Notes under the pieces: model-generated | Told to the model about the DNA's origin: nothing | Databases searched by the model: none | Seen by the model: only the letters and a program-made list of their open reading frames with translations | Translations under genes and position numbers: made by a program | Origin: Antedon mediterranea | Taxonomy: Eukaryota; Animalia; Echinodermata | Length of the DNA: 64,000 nt | Direction: 5' to 3' | NCBI RefSeq assembly: GCF_964355755.1 | Contig: NC_092678.1 | Span: 12,832,352-12,896,351 of the forward strand | In this document: piece by piece, positions 50,301 through 63,900 of the stretch | Numbering within the stretch: the stretch's first letter is position 1 | How the letters are laid out: each line of letters starts with the position of its first letter

Positions 50301-53300
50301 TTAGTGTAGTTCCACCAGCTTGAATGCCAAACCTTGGACTCAACTCAGATATAATTGGATTCTAAAATGAAACAAAAAATGTTTATTTTAATAAATATAT
50401 ACTAATAAAACACAGGTATTACAATCTGTATGATTAATAATTGTTTTTAATATTTAAAAAAAAAACAAATGTTTATATACAAACATAACAACATGTTTGA
50501 AAGATAATATATTTATAGTATGAAAATTGGTCAGCGGAAACTATTTCATAAAATTGTTAATATCCTTTTCTTTTACTAGCAGGAATGAAAGTAGAAGAGA
50601 AGAGTGAAATTGCATTAATTTCACTCTTATCTTATTCTAGCAAGAGTGAAAGTAGACGAAAAGAGTGAAATTGCATTAATTTCACTCTTATCTTGTTCTA
50701 GCAAGAGTGAAAGTAGAAGAGAAGAGTGAAATTGCATTAATTTCACTCTTATCTTGTTCTAGCAGGAATGAAAGTAGACGAAAAGAGTGAAATTGCATTA
50801 ATTTCACTCTTATCTTGTTCTAGCAAGAGTGAAAGTAGAAGAAAAGAGTGAAATTGCATTAATTTCACTCTTATCTTGTTCTAGCAAGAGTGAAAGTAGA
50901 AGAAAAGAGTGAAATTGCATTAATCTAACTCTTATCTTGTTCTAGCAGGAATGAAAGTAGAAAAAAGAGTGAAATTGCATTAATTTCACTCTTATCTTGT
51001 TCTAGAGGAATGAAAGTAGAAGAAAAGAGTGAAATTGCATTAATTTCACTCTTATCTTGTTCTAGCAGGAATGAAAGTAGAAGAAAAGAGTGAAATTGCT
51101 TTAATTTCACTCTTATCTTGTTCTAGCAGGTGTGAAAGTAGAAGAAAAGAATGAAATTGCATTAATTTCACTCTTATCTTGTTCTAGCAGGAATGAAAGT
51201 AGAAGAAAAGAGTGAAATTGCTTTAATTTCACTCTTATCTTGTTCTAGCAGGTGTGAATGTAGAAGAAAAGAGTGATATTGCATTAATTTCACTCTTATC
51301 TCGTTCTAGCAGGTGTGAAAGTAGAAAAAAGAGTGAAAGTAGAAGAAAAAAGTGAAAGTAGAAGAAAAAAGTGAAAGTAGAAGAAAAGAGTGAAAGTAGA
51401 AGAAAAGAGTGAAAGTAGAAGAAAAGAGTGAACGTAGAAGAAATAAGTGAATGTATCTTCACTTGTATTCTTCTCTTGGCTGGTTCTAGTGTTCATTTAA
51501 TATCATGAATACCACAAGTTTACAACAAATATACATGATTACTGTAGAATAAACATTTTAAAATAACTTTAGTAATTATATAAAAATATTTATTAAGGTT
51601 GACTCTTCTACATTAAGGCAAGATTAAAACAATTGTGAAATTTGAGTGAAAAAATATACCTGATAGAGTATGACTACAGGTGCACTTGTCTTTCCTTGAA
51701 CAGTTATGATGACGTCACGTTGAGAGACACTATCAAACACAGGAGCTTTACATTTCACACTGTGTATAGTAAATAATAGAATTTTCTTTTTTTACTGATA
51801 TACACCACAAAAATAATTATAATAAAAAAAATAACATGCAATGTTACTCCCAATGTTGAGGATGGATCGCAATAATGAATGGCACATGATGCTTAATAAA
51901 CGAACCAATAAAATAGTTTATGGATTATGTGTGATAAGTTACAGAAGTGCTGTGTATTTCATCTCATGTTAGAATGGTGGTTTTTCATAAAAATGCTTTT
52001 AAAAAATGTTTGTATAAGATGAGACAAATTTGAGGCATCTTAACATGGTAGCACAGAGTTGTCAAAGATACCCGTCTGTAGGATGGGTATCAACTACTTA
52101 TATTATGATCTGTTTTGCATTACATCAGTAAAAGATGAATACATACAGTAGCAATCATAATATATTTACTTGTTGTCCATACACACATTATCACAATACA
52201 CAGAAAGAGAGGCATATTCGGTTAAACTGAGGGTATTACCTGTGTTGTGCACTGAACCATGAAATAGGTTTGGTTCACGGTTCAATCGCCATCTCTCTCT
52301 GTGTTCTAACTTATGGGTTGGATTACATGAATATAGTGCACTATCTTCCGGATGAGATGTTATTCCGTTGGTCCTGTGTGAAACTTGGCTTATGTACAGC
52401 TTGAAGGATCTCACCAGAAACAAGTACAGACTTAGTGCTACATAATTAATGTTAAATTAAAATAAAATACCTTTGTAAAGCTATGTTAAATCCATCAGCA
52501 ACTATTACACATTCTTTGTTATCTATCATAATGTTGTCAATATCTGAAATCATCTGTCCAAAATCAGTTCCGAACAGTTCAATGACCTCTGTGAAATCAG
52601 GTTCAGGTTGAGTAGTTACTGTAGCAACTGAGATGGGAAGAGTCTGAAAATAATATTAGTAAAACATAAGCATGATGGATATTTAAAAAAAAACAAACAT
52701 GATTGGTGTAATCACAAAAAAAAAACCATTGGATATTTTGGAGTAAAAATTTGCTCAAATATCATATACCCTTTCAGTACCCTTTTCTTCTAATTTTCTA
52801 ATTTTCAGACTAAATGTTCTGCCATTTTCTGCCATAAATATATACTGTAATGTAAATTACACACTATGAACGAGTAATAGAGGGCGACTAGCAAACAACA
52901 TTTCAAACAAATTTAAGTTAGGCTAGGGTGCTGGATTTTAAAGGAAGATAAAATGATTCCAACTACCTGAATAATAACAGGTGATGGACATTCATTCACT
53001 ATTGATGAACAGAATGGACTGTAGGAACATTGGTCTCCAGTACACCAGACACAATCAAGTCCAGACCTAGTGGTGTTCATTGAATAACATCGACTGCAGT
53101 CTGGACGTTGAACACTACACTTGTACAATGTGACTGGTAAATAAAAATAGAGAAATTAAATGTAAAAATGAAGCATTAAATAATAAAATATATTACGAAG
53201 GTGTCACTATGAGTTATGACTTTGTGACTTTGTTTTGAATATTAAAATGCCAAAAACAACATAAAAAAAGAATGATACATATTTTTATCATATTTTGACA

Positions 53301-56300
53301 GCGTTCGTATAAAATGGCTGTATGCTAACTAACACATGATATTTAATAAATTGGTTTTATTTACCAGGTTTTGAAAACACGTCTCAAAGCCTGGTTGGAT
53401 GACAGTAGATAACATTAATATTATATATGTACTATGCCAAGACATATGTCATGATAACATTTAAGGATAAACTAAAAACTGTAACTAATAATTATGCAAA
53501 CAAATACACATTATCCACAGGTTTGGCACCAACAAATTGGGTATAATATTATTTGCACAGAATGACACCAGAACCATCAAGGGAATGAAGTAGGGATTTA
53601 TAGTATACAAACAAATTGACTGTAATTTAAAGATATATCATCCTGTTGTTTGAACAATGTGGTGTTGAGTCAATACTTAGTAAAGTAAATTGTTGTTAAA
53701 CTTCCTGTTTAAAGGTTAAACAACAATTGTACTATGTTAAAAACACTTAATTGTCTGTCAGTGTCAGCTGAAACCACATCTCTGAATATCTGAACCAGGA
53801 ACCTATCATAACTAGCTAAAATGTTCAAATATTTTTTTTGTATTTACATGTGGACAGTTTGTCTGAAATCAAGTTGAACAAAAGGGTTGAATTCTGTTTA
53901 TACTTTAACTAAAACTGTATGTCAAATTTATTTGGAAAACCAGACTTTCAAGAATATGACAGTTTGGGCGAGCTTAAAGAATTTTCAGTTGACTGTTTTT
54001 AAGCTGTTAATAACTGTATAATGTTCTTTGGGTTTTTAAACTGACATTATTAAAAGGTTTTTTTTTTGGTTAATAACTGTTTGAATAAATTATCCTCAAT
54101 TTGTAGCATAAATGTCCACTATACACCGCACACTGGTTTACTGGTTTTTTGGGAGCACAAAATAAGCAGAAACAGTCAATATAAAAATAGGGTTTTTAAA
54201 GAGGTACTAGGAATACTGTATTTGTCTCAGGAGTTAAATTTTTTTTAATGGAAAATTGAACAGGGGTATGTGGATATGATAACAAAATGTATGATGTTAT
54301 GTTTACCAAGTAAATAATTGATTTAATGATATTTATCAATGTAAACAATCAGGTGAAACCAACCTTGATAAGCATTGTCAATTTCATTGTCGTTCCAAAA
54401 TACTTTAATATATGCGTTTACTTCCTGCTTGTCCTTAGCTGTGTAGTCATACTAAAAAGAAATGTTTCCAAAAAGCAATTAAAAGTACACTTGAATTTCA
54501 CATAACATTTGGCATAATGCCAAGATGAAATGTGACATTTACAGCAAAATTATACCACAAAAACTTCCTGAAACAACAAGTTTTTGGAAGTGGAGTTGTT
54601 ATCGAGAATTCTAGTGGATATGAATCAACTAACATGGAATTGGTAGCAAATCTTTATTAAAGCTCAGGTACAGGCATGAATTTTAAAAATAATATTTGGT
54701 TAATTGTACATAAATCAAATATTTGTAACAGAAATCGAGACGAAAAAACATGAATTTTCCTTAATATGGTCAAATACAAAATTTGGCAAAATTCTTCCAT
54801 AAAAACCAGGAAGACTTTTTTTCAGTAGTTAGGTAGTTAACCCAATGTAATAACATGTCTGGTGACTCCCTAGACGGTGAAAAAAGATGGTGGATATACG
54901 GTGGATAATTTTTGCTATAGCATGAAAATAAAAATCTGAAGTTGAATAAAAATATCAGAAATGTAATATTCAAGTTATATTACCTATATTTAGTCATCTG
55001 ATAACATTTTTTTAGGTCTAAGTTTAATAAATAATTATTACAGAGTAAATTTATGAATAGAAAATTAATGAAAAAACTTTATAACCACTACTGTATCAGC
55101 AAACATAAATTTAATTACATATAGTTATAATAACTCTTTGTATATCTCTTGCTATTGAGATTAATTATCAAGCACTCTATAAAAGAGGTTTTGTAACGCG
55201 TGTATTGGAATTTATATTTATTTTTCCTGGTATGTACATGGTTAAGTTGTACCATGGACATATACTGTAGGTCCATGGTTGAACTACAATGTGTCAATAT
55301 TAATGTAATATTTTTGTTTCATTATTCATTTGAATGTCACTAAATACTATTTGATATGTGTACATTAAATCCATCTGTTCAAATGTCTTGGTTGCTACTA
55401 TACTTACAGTGTATTGTGAACATGTGATATTTGAGTTTGATTCATCAACTGTTGCTGGGATCCTGACGGTTTGTGCTTCAATTTCCAACTCACATTCATA
55501 GCTGTTTACCTACAATAAACAGCTCAGACAAATAAATGAACATGTATAATCTAGGTAGGTGTATATTGGTGCTTTTCTACATTATGAAGTAAACTTTCCT
55601 ACCTATTACACTTAAACAATTCTATATTAATACCCTACTGTATCTCTTGCGGGAATTGATTCCTGGAACCTTAAAGTGGACGGAAATCTCACACACATCT
55701 CACTACTACGCTTCAAGTTCCTTTAATTATTTTATAATTAAGTTATTTATATAATATTGTGACCCATGGCTAATTAGCATATTGCATGGTCCTCCTGTGG
55801 TAACAACTCTGTATTTAATGAACAGTGTGCTATTGTTCGCTCTCTGTTCGCTCACAGCTGGCATTGAGCTTATATGTATATGTTAACACCAATATATGAT
55901 TTTCTGAGATTTAGTTGTTGTCTGGCCATCTTACTCTAACAATATTCATTGCAAACTAAAAGTATCAAAACTTCATTAATATAGTACTTAATCTACAAAT
56001 TCATTAAAGTTTTTAGTAGTGCACTTTTACCAGCTGATAAGTTTTATAAAAAGAATTTAAGTGCAAATTGCCTGCTATAAAACAGGAAAAAAGTTTAAAT
56101 AACTTAGTCTGTCAATGGGTAAAACTTCTTTTCCATTCACATTTTGAATGGAATATAAACATTGAATGGAATAACATTATTGGTCAGTTGAAATCATGCA
56201 GTGCAAGTATTATCATGACTATACAGTAGTAAAACTCAAGAGTTGAAAAAAAGTTTATTTGTGGAGAGTGAAAGGTTTTTAATTTTCAATAAATGAATGA

Positions 56301-59300
56301 ATTAAAGTTCAGTTTATTTCAGTGTAAATTATCATGGAGGAAATAAATAATGAAAATTCATAAAATTATCAACTTTAAATGTTTACCTTTGTAGCATTTG
56401 GTAAATTCTTAATTGGTATTCTGACTTCTTTCCGTATATTTGCATGAATAAGTTCCTCATTTGGTTGATAAATTTGTGGACATGACCCTTGACCTTGAAA
56501 ACCATTTGGTGGTGATGCAGCCTACATATTTAAACAATAGCTTATAAGTGATAACAATTAAACATAATTAAACATTTTGGATGCAATAATTACATAGATA
56601 ATTTTCTGTTTGTTCTTCAAACCGATAACAGTAGAGATCTAATGGAAACTGTTAATACCAACTGTAGTAACTACTGTAGTACAAACATCACTACAATATA
56701 AAGAATACTCCATTATTCTTACTAGTTCTATATCTGGCACCTAATGTTCCATCTGCACAGATTAAAGTATCTTGCCTAAGGACACAAGGCATGCATCAGC
56801 CACCTCGTAATATAATTCCCTTAAGCGTCATACTGTAAACTGAGCAACCAAATCGCACCCTTCCAAAAACAATTAGCCTAACCACGTTGTCTCAAAAAGT
56901 GCTTATTTGAGCAATAGAAGTTCAGCTTCCATTTGATTATACAGAACAAAAACGGAAAAAAATTCATAATAACTTACATTTCCATTCCAAATAATTTTGT
57001 CGTCTGCTGTGCACAATGTTGATGCATTATGGGTACATTTGTTGTCGTAGACACACCAATCACAAGTAAAACTTGAAACACATTCAGAACAACTACAGTA
57101 TTGAGAACAAAATCAAAACAATATTGTTAAAAGTAAAACACCATGTATTTATTTTGTACTACAAGTGTGTCAATCTTTATCTTATTGACACGCATGCCAA
57201 CGATATAAATATGTTTTTATTCTATAATAAAGATAATAATTATATCATATACTTCATCATTTTTCCACTCCTCAGGGGACATAAAACGCAAAACGAGGGG
57301 AATTATGGTTTAACACCCTAACAAAAGGAACACCTAGGGTCTCAAAATCGCTGAATTAACATAATGATCTATTGTATTTATTTAAAAATTCTGAGCACAA
57401 ATGTATACAGTAATTTGTTAAGGTAATGACCAGTGCAAACGCATCACAGTTTGCTAAAGTTAAAATTCTTCTCAAAATCAAGAGTTCAATTCATTCATTT
57501 ACGCGTATATTTTTTGTTTTTGTTTGTAAGGAGACTTTTTTAGGTCCCATAGTGTCCCCTAGGGGTCTACTGTAAACTATTTTGATTATACTGTTAATAT
57601 TACTTTGAACAATGGGAGAAAATAATTCACAGCACATGGTACGAAATTAACCAAGGAAATCAGTGGATACACTTAGGTCTGTTATAGTACATTTAACAAC
57701 AGAATAACTCACTGAGTTCAGATTTGAGAGAGCACTAGTATTAGTTTGTTATAATTGTACATACAAAAGTACAGTATTGGTAAAAAGGTATGAACATATT
57801 TTCCCATGGCAACTTCCCTTTGACTCAAAATAACCTTTTTTGTTACAAAAATAATAGGCTAAATTTAGGTAAAGTTATTGTTGAAATAAAATTCAATAAA
57901 CAATACAGAAAACTTTACCAACAGAATCAAATCCTTGATGACATAATAGAGAAGGTTTACAGTTCTGGTTTCAGTAACAGCAAGTCAGAGGCTGACAAGT
58001 TAATACCAAGAAACAGTAAAAGCAAACATTGTTGTATTTTCTATGCTTGATTAAATAACCTGATTGTAAATGAATGGCATTAAAGCATACTTGACTGCAC
58101 ATGCAAGTCAAGTAAACGGCGTTGATTATCAAGATTGCATACAATTATACTGTGGAATTTATTAAGGGTTGAGGGAATTATATGAATTCCTGGTCACTGT
58201 CAGCCTACACTGGACATTGTCCACATGCTTTTTCGACTTCTTGTTAAATTTTCTGTGAAGGTTAAAGATCATTCAGGAAAGCAATCATACTTACAACCTA
58301 TACATTTAATAGGCTTACAACTACTTTCTCAAAATAACACAAATAATAACTCAACTTAATACAATAATAATAATCAAATGAAATGAATCTTTTGAATCTA
58401 GTTCAATTATCAAAACACTAACAGTAACTGTTTTTAACACAGTGAGAGTATCACTCTCAACAGTTATGTTTTAAAATATAAACAGTTTTCTCTTACACTC
58501 TAAACTAAATTTCTTCATGTACTTTATACACAAAGTAGTTTATGATTTTATTTCCTGTCAGTGAAAATTAGAAAAAAAAAAAACTAAGCTGTCAAAATCA
58601 TTCTTAAGAATCAAAAAGTTCTGGATAATTGTGGGAAAACCATATTGTGTTCCTAAGGTGTTGCCATACTTTTAAAAAGCCACCAGATATTTATTTTGTT
58701 CTGATAGGAACTCTGAAAACTTTCCAGACATTTTTGACCAACCAAAGAGTCTGATAATAAATGAATTTAAAAAAATACTTAAATTATACATTACAACTAA
58801 GATAAATAAAAAAAGTGTTATCTAATCTATCAATAAACACATATCTGAAGAGTTGAATGACTTGAAAGGAAGTTTTATTGGTTAATTTTGCTGAACTATC
58901 TATCTGATTACAAATTATGGTTTTAAATACTGTATTTGACTGTGTTTATTCATTCCCTCACAGCTATCATATTTGCTATCATGGTTCCAATCCAAATTCA
59001 ATTTGAAGGAACCAATCTTGTGTGCATTGTAAATGTTTGTACAGTAACGTATTACACAATTATAACTGTCCCATTACAACAATATAATCAATATTGTATT
59101 TGATTTCCTTATGTACTTAAAGATGACAGTGAGATTATAACAAATTATGTACATTGCAACCTGGTAAAGATGACAGTGAGATTATAACAAATTATGTACA
59201 TTGCAACCTGGTAAAGATGACAGTGAGATTATAACAAATTATGTACATTGCAACCTGGTAAAGATGACAGTGAGATTATAACAAATTATGTACATTGCAA

Positions 59301-62300
59301 CCTGGTAAAGATGACAGTGAGATTATAACAAATTATGTACATTGCAACCTGGTAAAGATGACAGTGAGATTATAACAAATTATGTACATTGCAACCTGGT
59401 AAAGATGACAGTGAGATTATAACAAATTATGTACATTGCAACCTGGTAAAAATGACAGTGAGATTATAACAAATTATGTACATTGCAACCTGGTAAAGAT
59501 GACAGTGAGATTATAACAAATTATGTACATTGCAACCTGGTAAAGATGACAGTGAGATTATAACAAATTATGTACATTGCAACCTGGTAAAGATGACAGT
59601 GAGATTATAACAAATTATGTACATTGCAACCTGGTAAAGATGACAGTGAGATTATAACAAATTATGTACATTGCAACCTGGTAAAGATGACAGTGAGATT
59701 ATAACAAATTATGTACATTGCAACCTGGTAAAAATGACAGTGAGATTATAACAAATTATGTACATTGCAACCTGGTAAAGATGACAGTGAGATTATAACA
59801 AATTATGTACATTGCAACCTGGTAAAGATGACAGTGAGATTATAACAAATTATGTACATTGCAACCTGGTAAAGATGACAGTGAGATTATAACAAATTAT
59901 GTACATTGCAACCTGGTAAAGATGACAGTGAGATTATAACAAATTATGTACATTGCAACCTGGTAAAGATGACAGTGAGATTATAACAAATTATGTACAT
60001 TGCAACCTGGTAAAGATGACAGTGAGATTATAACAAATTATGTACATTGCAACCTGGTAAAGATGACAGTGAGATTATAACAAATTATGTACATTGCAAC
60101 CTGGTAAAGATGACAGTGAGATTATAACAAATTATGTACATTGCAACCTGGTAAAGATGACAGTGAGATTATAACAAATTATGTACATTGCAACCTGGTA
60201 AAGATGACAGTGAGATTATAACAAATTATGTATTGCAACCTGGTAAAGATGACAGTGAGATTATAACAAATTATGTACATTGCAACCTGGTAAAGATGAC
60301 AGTGAGATTATAACAAATTATGTACATTGCAACCTGGTAAAGATGACAGTGAGATTATAACAAATTATGTACATTGCAACCTGGTAAAGATGACAGTGAG
60401 ATTATAAGAAATTATGTACATTGCAACCTGGTAAAGATGACAGTGAGATTATAACAAATTATGTACATTGCAACCTGGTAAAGATGACAGTGAGATTATA
60501 AGAAATTATGTACATTGCAACCTGGTAAAGATGACAGTGAGATTATAACAAATTATGTACATTGCAACCTGGTAAAGATGACAGTGAGATTATAACAAAT
60601 TATGTACATTGCAACCTGGTAAAGATGACAGTGAGATTATAACAAATTATGTACATTGCAACCTGGTAAAGATGACAGTGAGATTAAAACAAATTATGTA
60701 CATTGCAACCTGGTAAAGATGACAGTGAGATTATAAGAAATTATGTACATTGCAACCTGGTAAAGATGACAGTGAGATTATAACAAATTATGTACATTGC
60801 AACCTGGTAAAGATGACAGTGAGATTATAAGAAATTATGTACATTGCAACCTGGTAAAGATGACAGTGAGATTATAACAAATTATGTACATTGCAACCTG
60901 GTAAAGATGACAGTGAGATTATAACAAATTATGTACATTGCAACCTGGTAAAGATGACAGTGAGATTATAACAAATTATGTACATTGCAACCTGGTAAAG
61001 ATGACAGTGAGATTATAACAAATTATGTACATTGCAACCTGGTAAAGATGACAGTGAGATTATAACAAATTATGTACATTGCAACCTGGTAAAGATGACA
61101 GTGAGATTATAACAAATTATGTACATTGCAACCTGGTAAAGATGACAGTGAGATTATAACAAATTATGTACATTGCAACCTGGTAAAGATGACAGTGAGA
61201 TTATAACAAATTATGTACATTGCAACCTGGTAAAGATGACAGTGAGATTATAACAAATTATGTACATTGCAACCTGGTAAAGATGACAGTGAGATTATAA
61301 CAACTTAAGTACATTGCAACCTGGTAAAGATGACAGTGAGATTATAACAAATTATGTACATTGCAACCTGGTAAAGATGACAGTGAGATTATAACAACTT
61401 AAGTACATTGCAACCTGGTAAAGATGACAGTGAGATTATAACAAATTATGTACATTGCAACCTGGTAAAGATGACAGTGAGATTATAACAAATTATGTAC
61501 ATTGCAACCTGGTAAAGATGACAGTGAGATTATAACAAATTATGTACATTGCAACCTGGTAAAGATGACAGTGAGATTATAACAACTTAAGTACATTGCA
61601 ACCTGGTAAAGATGACAGTGAGATTATAACAAATTATGTACATTGCAACCTGGTAAAGATGACAGTGAGATTATAACAACTTAAGTACATTGCAACCTGG
61701 TAAAGATGACAGTGAGATTATAACAAATTATGTACATTGCAACCTGGTAAAGATGACAGTGAGATTATAACAAATTATGTACATTGCAACCTGGTAAAGA
61801 TGACAGTGAGATTATAACAAATTATGTACATTGCAACCTGGTAAAGATGACAGTGAGATTATAACAAATTATGTACATTGCAACCTGGTAAAGATGACAG
61901 TGAAACTAAACATGTTCATTTCCTTAAAATAATGTGTCACTTGAATTTCAGATCCTTTTATTTCGTTATTACCTTTAGAAAATGTGTGTTTACATTAAAA
62001 ATTTGAAAGTTAAAGTAGTGAAATTTATTATTACACATGCTTTAGTCAATTCAGTCACAACAATCAGTACTTACGAAGTAATGGCACTGCAGTCAAAGAA
62101 TGTGAAGTCAGTGGAAACAAAATCAACGTCAGTTACAGATGAGTGAACTGATAAAATAACATCTACAAAAGCTGTAAACAAATTATTTAAAGGTTAGCTA
62201 CTGTGTAGGCCTAGGCCTTAATTTCAAATACATTTCATGGGTAAATACAATAATTGAAAATTCAATACAAAAATCTCTACAAAAAAACTAAATGTAATAT

Positions 62301-63305
62301 TTAATTACTTTTTTTCCAGAGGTAGATAGGTTTAAATAGTTGGTGCAAATGACTCCCAAAAATTGCGATGTGCCCATATATGGAGACAATGATTTGGGCA
62401 TATCACTACCATATTTGTTTTGTTAATCAAGTTTGATAGTGTAGACAAAGCTTAAGATATCAGTAGGTTGAAACAAGGGTCACTTTAGGGGAATCCCCTT
62501 GTTGCCAATGTAGAGTAATGAGTGCATAATTTCTGTAATCCATAGTGTGTACAAAAACCTATTTCCTCATGAGCTATTAATAGTATATACACCTCCTACA
62601 GAGGAGAATGCATACCATGTGTGAAATACTAGTACAGCCACTGCTACAGTTATATTAAATAAAGAACAATAAAACAGAAAGTAAAGCATATTACCATGTT
62701 TAACTCACCTTGGCTGGTTGGTATATGTGGCACATGTGATAAAGGCGGTGAATTACAAGTTAATGTTTCTCTATCTTTTATTGCAGATGATTGAAAGTCA
62801 CCAAATTTACAATTATAATTTTGGTTGATGTTTAAAGGAGGAAGTTGCTCAACAGTTAGAGAAATCTATGAATAAAAACATTTAAACTATCGGTTTATTG
62901 GAGTTACATACATATTAAAACATGTTATTAAATAATTGTATAATTCCTTTTGTGAACAAGCATCACAAGCCAGATGTACACTGGATCTCCAGCCAGTTTT
63001 GAGTCCAGAATTATTATGGCCGAGGAGTGGCTTGAACCCTAATATAGATGTGCCGATAATATAGATATAGTTTGTACTAATACCCCTGCCTTAGTAGTGC
63101 TAAAATTCTCCAGTCAATGGCATGTTATTATTATTAAATATTACAAGCCTAGAAAACAAATTTAATAAATTGTTCTTCACAACTTACGCTGATATTTTCA
63201 AAAGTTTGAGGAATAAAAGGTGGTTCAACACTTGTAATCACAATGCATTGTGCACTGTTGCTTGGCAACCAGGGATACTGTTGGCATTCTCTAAATCTGG
63301 TACAT
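29327..63305 (-). CDS. PLXN: Plexin (semaphorin receptor), plexin-B-like, 5'-partial; ~1395 aa in 32 exons
   Basis: Phase-consistent GT-AG exons: 63188-63305, 62709-62865, 62075-62171, 56978-57092, 56387-56521, 55408-55509, 54364-54451, 52967-53133, 52471-52643, 51660-51759, 50222-50361, 49891-50055, 48802-48889, 47912-48190, 47385-47543, 46639-46867 (TM), 45726-45868, 44073-44191, 38510-38575, 38119-38193, 37480-37546, 36606-36752, 36248-36404, 34478-34590, 32792-32915, 32177-32262, 31881-31994, 31578-31744, 31296-31443, 30064-30201, 29887-29961, 29327-29464. Motifs: PSI (CSECV..CDWC, CSRC..CVWC), IPT ([19 protein letters not shown]), [55 protein letters not shown]. Confidence 0.95.
30305..30790. 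repeat. Degenerate ~199-bp tandem duplication built of ~95-bp subunits
   Basis: tattgaaataaagtaatgagtattaatttattcataaaaca at 30305 and 30504; cattgccttgacattt recurs four times. Confidence 0.75.
30943..31291. repeat. Minisatellite, 51-bp unit x~7, starting at a plexin splice donor
   Basis: caacaccatgttggacgatactggtccctggcagtgaacctactaggccta repeats and abuts the donor at 31295. Confidence 0.95.
33018..33837 (+). repeat. Minisatellite, 41-bp unit x20, derived from a SINE tRNA head
   Basis: aataagggcacagtgtgttggacattggattactgattgtg x20; the unit matches the head of the SINE at 22132-22423. Confidence 0.95.
33838..34055 (+). mobile_element. Body of a tRNA-SINE (same family as 22132-22423)
   Basis: ttgaatccaactcttgccgcattgcttgtatcctttaggcaagac...ccaggtgtataaaatgggtgcccggttagatcaagac...aatgttaagcgcttag. 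Confidence 0.85.
37017..37150 (-). mobile_element. tRNA-derived SINE (second family), partial
   Basis: The minus strand reads ggagctgtagcttggtggttaaaac...ccagggttcaatcctg (A and B boxes), followed by a non-tRNA body. Confidence 0.6.
40012..40067 (+). promoter_or_regulatory. LTR promoter module: CCAAT - CRE-like - octamer - CCAAT
   Basis: CCAAT at 40012, ATGCAAAT at 40047 and CCAAT at 40063. The same 51-bp spacing, with ATGCTAAT, occurs in the diverged LTR (10255/10289/10306). AATAAA lies at 40278. Confidence 0.55.
40487..40797. repeat. ~105-bp tandem repeat x3 inside the LTR element
   Basis: caaaagacaagctgaaattatatttgaatga...gataatcgaggaagac occurs three times. Confidence 0.9.
44613..45536. 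mobile_element. Non-autonomous TIR DNA element, possibly PIF/Harbinger-derived
   Basis: GTTCATATCGAACTTAGG at 44618 and its reverse complement ending at 45531. The right end is ...GGGCC. A short Arg-rich ORF at 44888-45190 may be a transposase N-terminal remnant. Confidence 0.7.
48499..48657. mobile_element. Short MITE (GCTTGGTTNCNACTAGAGAYGCAAC TIR); a related copy lies at ~24355-24475
   Basis: tgcttggttactactagagatgcaac...gttgcgtctctagtggcaaccaagc. Confidence 0.65.
49550..49870 (+). mobile_element. L2-clade LINE 3' end fragment
   Basis: [34 protein letters not shown], followed by an (ATT)n tail. Confidence 0.75.
50576..51450. repeat. 61-bp minisatellite (~12 units) with a perfect internal hairpin, grading into 19-bp subrepeats
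   Basis: The unit ctagcaRgaRtgaaagtagaagaaaAAGAGTGAAATTgcattAATTTCACTCTTatcttgtt repeats; (agtgaaagtagaagaaaaR)n follows at ~51330-51450. Confidence 0.95.
59118..61903. repeat. Homogeneous 47-bp satellite, ~59 units, in a plexin intron
   Basis: taaagatgacagtgagattataacaaattatgtacattgcaacctgg in tandem, without spacers. Confidence 0.97.
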
Positions 63306-63557
63306 CTAAAATAATAAAAGACAAGTGTAAGTGCCATCTGCACTAAAGAAAATTTAAATTCTTGATTTGTATTCAGATTTTTTTAACTGTTTGTATTTAA
63401 AAAAGAGAGATTGAATACAGTAAATAATTAAGCCTGAAATAATGTAGCCTTTAGACAGTACAGTAAACTCATTTCTAATAAGTAATAGTTTATTATTTTA
63501 CAAAAATATCTGAAAAAGTTAAAAAAACTCAAAATCTCCAAACAGATTTTTATTTAA

Positions 63558-63900
63558 ATTTTTTTATTTTTATTTTATTCAATCGAAACCAACAGCGATA
63601 ATTACTGCCACTAACAGGTTTGATACAAACAAAGCCAGGACAGTTTTAAAGCACCTTGATTGGTCCTGACATTGATCAAGGGCTTCTCTCGTCCAGTGCC
63701 CACCTTGACCAGAGGTCTAAGGCAGATACTAGATGCAGGGGCTGCCATAAGAGTCAGCAGTGCGGATTTCAAATGCCTAACGAGACCCCAGCTTCGTATA
63801 CAGCACCCGCTATTCCTAGATGGTCTCCCATCCAAGCTCTAACCAGGCCCAACGTTGCTTAACTTCGGTGATCTGACGAGAACCGGTGTTTCAACGTTGT
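63558..63900 (-). mobile_element. 5S rRNA-derived SINE (SINE3-type)
   Basis: Minus strand 63900-63797 reads acaacgttgaaacaccggttctcgtcagatcaccgaagttaagcaacgttgggcctggttagagcttggatgggagacc...gggtgctgta, i.e. 5S rRNA lacking ~12 nt at the 5' end. There is no T-run terminator; a ~215-bp body and an (AATAAA)n tail follow. Confidence 0.85.

Noticed and set aside
59118-61903. CRISPR-like array (also considered for the 27-, 41-, 51- and 61-bp arrays)
   Set aside because: The units are contiguous with no unique spacers, there are no cas genes, and the context is a eukaryotic intron or intergenic region.
63797-63900. Functional 5S rRNA gene
   Set aside because: The 5' ~12 nt are missing, there are several substitutions and no oligo-T terminator, and it continues into a body and tail.
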